From Candidatus Stercoripulliclostridium sp. (GTDB lineage: Bacteria > Bacillota > Clostridia > Christensenellales > DTU072): a DNA stretch of 31,670 nt. The stretch is from contig JAZSKG010000105.1 in the NCBI GenBank assembly GCA_045534735.1, positions 1 to 31,670 of the forward strand, written 5' to 3'. The notes below the pieces were generated by a model that did no database searches, was not told the origin of the DNA, and saw only the letters and a program-made list of their open reading frames with translations. The stretch's first letter is position 1. Every line of letters begins with the position of its first letter. Made by a program: the position numbers and the translations under genes. Shown here piece after piece: positions 20,501 through 26,574 of the stretch.

Positions 20501-23500
20501 ACACCGGTCATGTGTTGAACTAGAATTCTGACCTTCATAGTGTTTTCGCCTTCACCGATGCTTGCTTCCAAGAAGTAGTAGTTTGCTACTAGGGTAGGAT
20601 CTACTATCAAGCGATATTCTCCGGTTGATGCATCAAAGTGAACGACGTCGTCGCCTTCAACGTTAGACCATTCAACGGTGTCAAAGTAAGGATCAAAGGT
20701 ACCCGTTACCGTGCCGTCAAAGTGAACGTAAATTTCCTTAGGTAAAATCCAAGTATTGCTGTCGTATGGGTCTACGTAATATACACCCCAGTTGTCGCCA
20801 ATGGTAACTTGACCGGGAGTATAGTAAGGAGCAACTTGGATATTCATAACCTTTTCGGTTTGGTCGTGGAAGTCATCGCCCGTCTTGAACGTATAGTCGT
20901 GTTCCCCTATTACTTTATCGGGAACCCTAACGGTTAGGGCAACTTCTTCTATGAAGAACCAACCTTCGTCGTGTTCGCCGTTTAGGTACCACGCACGATT
21001 GTGGTCAAAGTAGTTTGCTAGGTCAAAGTTAGAAGTGGTTACGTTCTTAATGGTTGCACCCGCCGTCTCTAAGAAGGGATATTCGTTGCCCTCTAGTTTT
21101 ACGTTATTTGCTACGGGATGATTCCACTTGATAACCTTTAGGGCATCGGGGCCTTCCAAGAGTTTTTGGAAGTTTTGTCCTTCAAATTCTAAGGCATATC
21201 TATCAAAGGTTGCGGGTAGAGTGCTAAAGAGTGAAGGAATATCGTCTATGGTATAGTTGTAGTCTTTTAAGTTCAATACGTATTCTTCTCCGTCTTGTCC
21301 CTTAAAGAAGTAAACGAGCTCGGTGGGGATAGTATAAGTATCGGGTTTTAGAGCATCTACAACGTACTCGTTGTGGTTGTCTTGACCTATTACCCAAACG
21401 CTTTCCAAGGTGCGTGGCAATACTTCAACGGATATTGCTATTACTTGACCATGGAATACGGTATGGAGATAGGTAATGTTGCTTTCCAAATAATCGGGGT
21501 TTGATGAACTACCGCTATGGCGATTGTTTATGTGTTCTTCTTTGTAAATAGCGCGATCGTTGGGGTAGCAGAAACTCCAGTCAAAGAAACCTACTTCATC
21601 GGGGGTATCCTCTTCGGGATCGTTGTAGAACTTAGTGAATTGGAAGGTTACTTCGTACTTCTTAAAGTACCAGTTTACAAATCCTTGCATCATTTCTTGT
21701 TCTGAAACCATACCACTATTCATAAAGAACGCCTTGTAGATGAGGTATGCGTAAGGATCAATGGTTACGCCGTCTGCAACGGGGGCTTTTACTAGACCGG
21801 ATTCGGTATTTACGTTTACGTACTTGTCGGTTTCAACCTCTCTGTTGAGGATCTTAACAACTACGTTTTCACGGTAAGTGGCCATCATGCCTTCACCGAT
21901 TACAACGTAAACTACGAACTTACCACCGTTCAAAGTAACGTCGTCCCAAGTCATGTTGTTGGTCCAATTGAATGAATGGAATATGGTGTTTTCCCAGTCT
22001 GCTTTGGTATAGTCGTCTCCAGCCCAGTTGTATTCTTTGGTGAAGTCGTAATTTTGAGTATAACCTACGCGAGTTTCGCCAAGAAGTGATTGTAGTTGTA
22101 GTGCCTCTGCGAAAGTTGATGCGTAGAAGTAGTTCTCGTCATAGTCGTAAAGGACTACGTAATTGGTGCCGTCTCCACGTGGGAATTGCATACAGAACAT
22201 ACCGGAGTCAAGGTCGTACTTGAAGGTAAATCCTTTTTGCGTTTCGTATGAGAGAGGATAGACTTTAGGTGGAACGTAGCCGGTTTCTTCATTGGGTTCG
22301 TTTTCGCCGAAGAACTTTTGAGCCTTTAATTCTTCTAGAATTGCTTGCGTTTCTACAACGTAAACGTCCCTATCTTGGTTGTAAAGAACTTTATAGGTGG
22401 GATGTTCTACTATAAACCAACCTTTCTTACGCATACCTAGATCGTAGGTAAAGGTTCTACCTGCGTCGTTGGTGTAGGTTTGATAATAGTACGGAACGTC
22501 CTTATTTATAACTTGCTCTACTGCCTTAGTGTGCTTTAATTGACTACCAAGACCGATAACGTAGAGGTTATTTTCAAAGTCGTAAATGATTTCATATCCA
22601 AGGTCGTTTATAACGGTATAGTAACCGGTATCCTTGTCGTAAACTGCGTGCAATCTAAACTCTGCATCATAGTTATGACGTAGGTCGGCGTCGCCGTAGT
22701 AAGCAGAAACCGTGGTGGGTACGTCGTCAAGGGGCTCCCAAACGTAGTAGTCGTCTACAAGGGAGTTGATGCCTTGTTTACCTATATCGGTGGAGATATT
22801 TACCAAGTAGTCGCGCGTTACGCCCATGAATAGGTCGTTAATTGCAGGCATATAGTAAGTTTCGCCGTTTACAACCTTTATGGTTTCCGGATCGTATAGG
22901 AAGCGGAAGTCGCGTTCTTCTATTCTGTCGCCGAAGTCAAAGTAGACCTTAATAGTTTCGTGGAGTTTAGTAGAGTAAACGGACTCTGCGTTTTCTCCCG
23001 TAATGGGGTCAAGGTCGCCTACTGTGTACATTGCGTACTTAACTTCTTCGTGGTCAATGTTGTGAACTCTTTGTTTAAATCCGATTCTTGCTTCAATGGT
23101 ACCGATTAGTTCGTCAACACGGAAGATATCCTTAACGTATTGGTTAGAAGTAGTAATACGGATTACGTCTGGCTCAAACATTAAGAAGGAGTCCTCGGTG
23201 AGGTTCATAACGAGTTTGGTGATACCTGCAGGGCTATAATCTTCCAGTTCGGTTTCGCCCATATATTCATAGAAGCCACGAATGAATATATCTTCGCGAA
23301 CCTTGAACATAGGCATATTTTCTACGCAATGATAGTCTAGCCATACGTAGCCCAGTTCTTCTACAGGAACTTCGCTACTGAAACTTACGTCGTTTGCGAT
23401 AATGGTAATAATGTCAACTTCTTTAGACTCGCCGGTATTGGTGTCAAGTGTGACGTAGTAGAAGTTAATCTTAAACGCACTTCTTGCAGAACGAGTCCAT

Positions 23501-25746
23501 CTGCCGTTAGGTAGCACTTGCTCGCGAATGTATTGGTCGTAGTCAATGTGGAAGTGGATATTTGCAGAAGCAGGCAAAATAAATGGCGTATTCAAACCAC
23601 TCATATCTCCCATGAATGAGCCTAATAAATCGGAAAGGTCAACTTCTTCTGCAGTAGCGAATATGAATTGTCCGTCTAGTGAGCCGGAGTAGGTCATAAC
23701 GTCTTGCAACTCGTTAAAGTCGTGGAAGGATGGGAATACTATTCTTACCTCTTCACCTATGTGGTTGGGGTAGAGGTCCATTCTAAGAACGAGTGAAGGT
23801 CCGTTTTCTTCTGCTTCTTCTTCGGACATATAGGCTTCGGTGAAGACTTCCAGTCTAATGCTGTATTCGTCAACGTCGTAGGTGACGTCAAAGAAGGTCT
23901 TTTCTATTAAGTCTTCTAGACTTATGTTCAAAATGGTAGCAATTTCTTGTAAATTGAAGCCAAAGTTATCCTGTATGAGTTGAACCATACTATCTGCAGT
24001 AATAACGGTGCCGTTGGGATCGCTAACGGTCATTATCTTACGTATGAGTTCTAGGGTAATTCTAATCTTGATGGTTGCACGGCTGGAAGGATCGTCCTCG
24101 TCTTTCATAGTGGAGGTAACGTTATCCATGATGGTGCCGGTAATTTCTGCAAACTTACTCTCCTCGTCGGGGTTAGGATTGCCGTATAGGATATTGTCAA
24201 CGGCAATAACTGCGTATTCGTCTATGAAGTCAAATAGCATGGAGAGAACGTTAGCAAGGTCAAAGCCACCCTTGTATGCCTTGGGTAGACCTATATCTTC
24301 AAATGCGATACCACCGTAGAGGTGTTGTAGCCCTTGAATATCAATGAAAGTTAAAGCCTCGTCAAGTGGAACGGGTTCGGCAAGTCCCGTTTCGGGATTA
24401 ATCTTAGAAAGTTTATCCTTTTCGCTAGGTACGGTGTAGTACATACCTATGATTAGGTCGTCGGTAGCAATATCACGGCAGTTCATGAAGATCTTGTTGG
24501 TCGTATTGTCTACTTCGTTCATATCCGTACGTAGTAAGACGTCAAGTTTAAGATCAAGCATGGGTATGAACATATCGCCCGTGTACTCGTAATCGCCGTA
24601 TGAGTAAAGGGTGTAGCCCTCTTTATCAAAAACGATATTGGGAGAGGTACGAACGTCGTACTCTGCAGAGATGTGTGCTTGGTAAGGAATGGTTTCTATG
24701 GTAGTTAGACCGGTTTGCTTGTTGTGAACGGGAACGGAGGTATCACCACTTGCATCTACTACTAGTTGACGCAAAATATCTTTACCAAGGTTTTCGTTGG
24801 GGGTAGATATAAATTCCATATCTGCGTTCATGGAGGTAAACGATGCCTTACCTAGAGTACTAAACAAGAAGCCCAAGTACTTGTTGCTCAAGGGGTCCAG
24901 TTTGTCCTCAAAGGGAGCGAATATGGATTGCATGAATTCGGTAATGGTATCAACAACGGTACCAAGGGGTAGGCTGTTAAAGAAAATGGTGGTATTGTCG
25001 CCGTTAAGGGTTTGCTTGTAGTTGTTGGTAACTGCAAGATTGAGCGCCTCACGCAACGTATCCATGGTAGCAGAGGAAGAAACGTTACCTTTGTCGTCTT
25101 CACTTGCAATCATGGTTTCAAGGTTAAATTGGGTAATAAGACGAATGAATTGTTGGTAGATTACAGAGTTACCAAAGTCTTTAAAAATGCGCTTACTGCC
25201 TTGTAGGTTGAGGTAAAGGTCGTTACCATCGTCTACGGAGTTAGGATTAATGCCGTCAAAATAGAAACCGATAAGCATCTCGTTGGTAGCACCGTCAAAC
25301 CATTCAAGAACTATATCGCTGTATCTAATAATGTCATTATGCTTAGCAAGAGCAACGGGGTCTACAAGTGGTAAACCGTCTTCGCCCAAAATCTTGTTGC
25401 CGTTAGCATCCTTAATTTCGTGAGGATAGGTGTAAAGGTTAGCCTCCAGTCTAAGTCTGAAAGCCGAGCCGTTATCGGTATTAATGAGCATGTCTGCGCC
25501 AAGATAATAACCGGTATCCGTTACGACGTCGGAGTCAAGGTGGGCAAGCAAGTTTTCAAGAGAACCAACAGCCTTATCTATGGCCTGTTCTTTAGTCGTG
25601 AAATCCTTGTAGTTGTCGTTTTGCGTTCCATCCACAATGGGGTATGGATCGCTGTAGTCCGGCTCAACGGGGGTACAAGCAAACAGAACCCCCAAGAGAA
25701 GCACTACTGCCAAAATGAAAATAATTGGTTTGAGATGACGGTGCAT
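16105..25746 (-). CDS. Giant (3213 aa) surface lipoprotein, paralog of the downstream 3991 aa protein, with Big_4-like Ig modules
   Basis: Uninterrupted 9.6-kb ORF with RBS AGGAG (25757-25753) and signal peptide MHRHLKPIIFILAVVLLLGVLFA-C24. It carries the same DPY...LP..[IV].V.F.DG...W modules (for example YYVDPYDSNTWILPKEIYVHF, LILDPYTEDNITVPNKVTINFTEG, VPEVLDIVFADGTNRIYPASW). Confidence 0.9.
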   Translation of the reverse strand: MHRHLKPIIFILAVVLLLGVLFACTPVEPDYSDPYPIVDGTQNDNYKDFTTKEQAIDKAVGSLENLLAHLDSDVVTDTGYYLGADMLINTDNGSAFRLRLEANLYTYPHEIKDANGNKILGEDGLPLVDPVALAKHNDIIRYSDIVLEWFDGATNEMLIGFYFDGINPNSVDDGNDLYLNLQGSKRIFKDFGNSVIYQQFIRLITQFNLETMIASEDDKGNVSSSATMDTLREALNLAVTNNYKQTLNGDNTTIFFNSLPLGTVVDTITEFMQSIFAPFEDKLDPLSNKYLGFLFSTLGKASFTSMNADMEFISTPNENLGKDILRQLVVDASGDTSVPVHNKQTGLTTIETIPYQAHISAEYDVRTSPNIVFDKEGYTLYSYGDYEYTGDMFIPMLDLKLDVLLRTDMNEVDNTTNKIFMNCRDIATDDLIIGMYYTVPSEKDKLSKINPETGLAEPVPLDEALTFIDIQGLQHLYGGIAFEDIGLPKAYKGGFDLANVLSMLFDFIDEYAVIAVDNILYGNPNPDEESKFAEITGTIMDNVTSTMKDEDDPSSRATIKIRITLELIRKIMTVSDPNGTVITADSMVQLIQDNFGFNLQEIATILNISLEDLIEKTFFDVTYDVDEYSIRLEVFTEAYMSEEEAEENGPSLVLRMDLYPNHIGEEVRIVFPSFHDFNELQDVMTYSGSLDGQFIFATAEEVDLSDLLGSFMGDMSGLNTPFILPASANIHFHIDYDQYIREQVLPNGRWTRSARSAFKINFYYVTLDTNTGESKEVDIITIIANDVSFSSEVPVEELGYVWLDYHCVENMPMFKVREDIFIRGFYEYMGETELEDYSPAGITKLVMNLTEDSFLMFEPDVIRITTSNQYVKDIFRVDELIGTIEARIGFKQRVHNIDHEEVKYAMYTVGDLDPITGENAESVYSTKLHETIKVYFDFGDRIEERDFRFLYDPETIKVVNGETYYMPAINDLFMGVTRDYLVNISTDIGKQGINSLVDDYYVWEPLDDVPTTVSAYYGDADLRHNYDAEFRLHAVYDKDTGYYTVINDLGYEIIYDFENNLYVIGLGSQLKHTKAVEQVINKDVPYYYQTYTNDAGRTFTYDLGMRKKGWFIVEHPTYKVLYNQDRDVYVVETQAILEELKAQKFFGENEPNEETGYVPPKVYPLSYETQKGFTFKYDLDSGMFCMQFPRGDGTNYVVLYDYDENYFYASTFAEALQLQSLLGETRVGYTQNYDFTKEYNWAGDDYTKADWENTIFHSFNWTNNMTWDDVTLNGGKFVVYVVIGEGMMATYRENVVVKILNREVETDKYVNVNTESGLVKAPVADGVTIDPYAYLIYKAFFMNSGMVSEQEMMQGFVNWYFKKYEVTFQFTKFYNDPEEDTPDEVGFFDWSFCYPNDRAIYKEEHINNRHSGSSSNPDYLESNITYLHTVFHGQVIAISVEVLPRTLESVWVIGQDNHNEYVVDALKPDTYTIPTELVYFFKGQDGEEYVLNLKDYNYTIDDIPSLFSTLPATFDRYALEFEGQNFQKLLEGPDALKVIKWNHPVANNVKLEGNEYPFLETAGATIKNVTTSNFDLANYFDHNRAWYLNGEHDEGWFFIEEVALTVRVPDKVIGEHDYTFKTGDDFHDQTEKVMNIQVAPYYTPGQVTIGDNWGVYYVDPYDSNTWILPKEIYVHFDGTVTGTFDPYFDTVEWSNVEGDDVVHFDASTGEYRLIVDPTLVANYYFLEASIGEGENTMKVRILVQHMTGVAEDITFKMIDGSLADGNLTYADVLQQYLTSTDTPQSEYQLKSYLWAVDTYARFQVPEVLDIVFADGTNRIYPASWHDHAPWVQGTTVTLSTTLGDIHSYHKDMMLTYSIEAKTVEDLLFNLWEEDTRDAKMPSGINITVDTFNNYVVLSGVQLNRAGLIALKDGTGISPYEFFNWLFSDITVVFSESDKANLRVNDATISASLPIFGTLDTQKLIEAWTGTYGQGVDIYVGQDDDAHDFTIRFLLEMTEQDKPSIDFDEDQSQIVLEAIELEIYNADNTFKYEGGYVLQDQLQFTVTRADGTTVRYGGSGATVPAVWTVAFPTQEAEDAFFSASTDRMVEVYKYEQLSVISEERLKLGGKIWLSTMLHDSSRVYVEISSSVYEIGSNFHSADDDASPYTISYGTLIIDNLYDNYPLISFLRSERLPSNIKVGDPSSTLVKKNILWTLADGVEAELSAIDYRGTSVYPGGEIDLATSIIMGKPVTLKLKVLPTEVVQIAYEVEDVDDSLHFTSRVKQSYSSTSIYHPYGEVIVVDIDAYHNWAYGGNFLVPSNINLVYNALDRTLDLNDDGVIDPGYPDKYNYGRGLYFYYDPACRNEHLISQIEYDLNGHKWVGQGRISDRDVLAYAKLSDGQTITVIFHFLDKTVESINAGQQDDSVLILDPYTEDNITVPNKVTINFTEGEPLEYTTNWNVPENFEVMYDTFQTVLGGDHNNFFSFISTLSGYEGMASQDLLLKVKVADRLFESYQLVNGVVDYYDSYENPNAYYRYTDPFAGRASDLPEIVISADSFDGQDFNLIWQFTDSQITVAGTVDESGLVPIYVRGHIYNVDRGQPVVIKVYVDRWDHKAVRRPSANGDYIIMEGDAMRFVISAITGVSSIDHYKVDFEITSSSPEGNLEKTMVSKIFVPEGISPEKIDPSYDDSYEYRMIWDRDALNRAQGEGEATGYFILANSVSATKFQLVPAIYQYENPSILQIDLGYGMGTQNNAIFVVNPLNPKWVNPDTGDSTVSAIGTYNTEYAISYDEQGLVTTVIWDGVNSLNLSHALLGGGIIRNWTVMLELTSIHDPSFSYSQTFDIVLVALDISPISYINSSSPAVNTLTEAPYKSVYNATTYAGASNPYKDLYSRLINTQVDRDGEKRNVLDTAVNDLGMVGGRHTYRVESWEEDVYISNNTKTQYSKSVRIDGRVYNTNIVKRVWNQVFEITGLDVGYGKGTDQVRIEAFGLNEAPIIMVLNPLEPIFGTPVDGDKYVTQIDKANVYGYYNGSDISAENFTYTLTWWDRATGGDTLILGQDQFVGGGVIDYWKVIVKVYDGTNAIYEQIVNVRLVLLDMSPNKTTFYNASDNAVASGVKISYAINDYNDKVNPYGSLYTASLINALNDGIANEGITDTTSYLYRIVEWGEYSVCNSIDENGDHRCDNCNNLIEAGKTKTIRNSVKVEVYVEGEVTPLITIYTDLFQTVLIS

Positions 25747-25829
25747 TTCTATCTCCTAACTGCGCATTAGCGCGTTTTTATTACATACATAGGTGCGTAA
25801 TGCATACGCTTGCGCGCAAAAATTATGCC

Positions 25830-25856
25830 AAAAAGAAGCGAGACTTCTCCCACTTC
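25830..25856 (-). terminator. Terminator-like hairpin in the 5' leader of the giant operon
   Basis: Minus-strand GAAGUGGGA-GAAG-UCUCGCUUC-UUUUU: a 9-bp stem with two G-U pairs (these become A-C mismatches on the plus strand) followed by U5. Confidence 0.55.
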
Positions 25857-25874
25857 CTTTAATTACGCACGTAT

Positions 25875-25903
25875 ATAATATAATATATAAAGGGTAAAGT
25901 CAA
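25875..25903 (-). promoter_or_regulatory. Sigma-70/SigA promoter for the 3213+3991 aa operon
   Basis: TTGACT (25903-25898), 17-nt spacer, TATTAT (25880-25875); about 125 nt upstream of the ATG at 25746. Confidence 0.65.
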
Positions 25904-26166
25904 GGTGCTGGCGTTAATTTTACTTTGTTTTTACCTAAAAATGCGTGCGTAGGGGCGCGCAAATAGAGTTGTTTTTAGGCGCTGTTCCCCTTTATCTTGC
26001 TGAATATTACCTCTTTTAACGTTTCATTTTCGTCCACATGTAACAACGTGCATCCACTTCCTAAAAACATAAAACAGCAATGGAAATAGTAGCGGATTTT
26101 TAAAAACGTAGCACGTGGATTTCTATTTTTCATATTGCAGTTTTATTGCGTATATATGGCATATTG

Positions 26167-26194
26167 GGTATCCTAAAATGCATTTTGGGATACC
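26167..26194. promoter_or_regulatory. 28-bp near-perfect palindrome (candidate operator or hairpin)
   Basis: GGTATCCTAAAATG|CATTTTGGGATACC has 13 of 14 positions complementary and no spacer; TATAAT lies at 26198-26203 on the plus strand. Confidence 0.45.
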
Positions 26195-26377
26195 TACTAT
26201 AATATATTTTACGCGTTGTCGCCTTATCGCAAAAAGACTTTATTTTCTTAACTTACAATTCCCTTTTTTGCGTAGCAATAACCTTACTTTTAAACCCAAT
26301 CATATAGCGTTCTCCCCTCTTCTTTACCCTTTTATCTCTTAAGATCTTATCTTCTCACGCATGCGCATTATCTAAAT

Positions 26378-26406
26378 AAAAGCGAGCGCACCACGCTCGC
26401 CCTTTT
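26378..26406. terminator. GC-rich hairpin flanked by A/T tracts, terminator-like
   Basis: GCGAGCG (26382-26388) - CACCA - CGCTCGC (26394-26400), followed by TTTTATTT on the minus strand and CCTTTT on the plus strand. Confidence 0.55.
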
Positions 26407-26528
26407 AAACGCCCTTAAACGGCGCAAATCACACTCTTTAGTTCTTCCTCGCGCGACTTGCTTTTCGCTCATTTAAGCCCAACAGACGGCCTCGCGCGCG
26501 TATTATGATACGTTACGTTTTAGGCAAT

Positions 26529-26558
26529 AAAAAAGAAGCCCCGAAGGACTTCTTTTTT
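26529..26558 (-). terminator. Rho-independent terminator of the 1023 aa lipoprotein gene (potentially bidirectional)
   Basis: Minus strand AAAAAAGAAGUCC-UUCG-GGGCUUCUUUUUU with a C(UUCG)G tetraloop, 16 nt after the stop at 26575. Confidence 0.9.
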
Positions 26559-26574
26559 AGTTGATAATTCGCTA

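Noticed and set aside
4091-25746. Possible alpha-2-macroglobulin, RTX/T1SS adhesin, NRPS/PKS, Rhs/YD toxin or sortase-anchored adhesin
   Set aside because: No CxEQ thioester, no GGxGxD nonapeptides, no adenylation/KS/carrier motifs, no YD-repeat core and no C-terminal LPxTG or transmembrane tail were seen.
25975-26133. 52-codon minus-strand ORF (MKNRNPRATFLKIRYYFHCC...) in the long intergenic region
   Set aside because: No RBS, atypical composition and no recognisable motif.
26115-26342. 75-aa plus-strand ORF in the intergenic region
   Set aside because: No RBS, F/I/Y-rich low-complexity translation typical of AT-rich non-coding DNA, and it runs through the palindrome.
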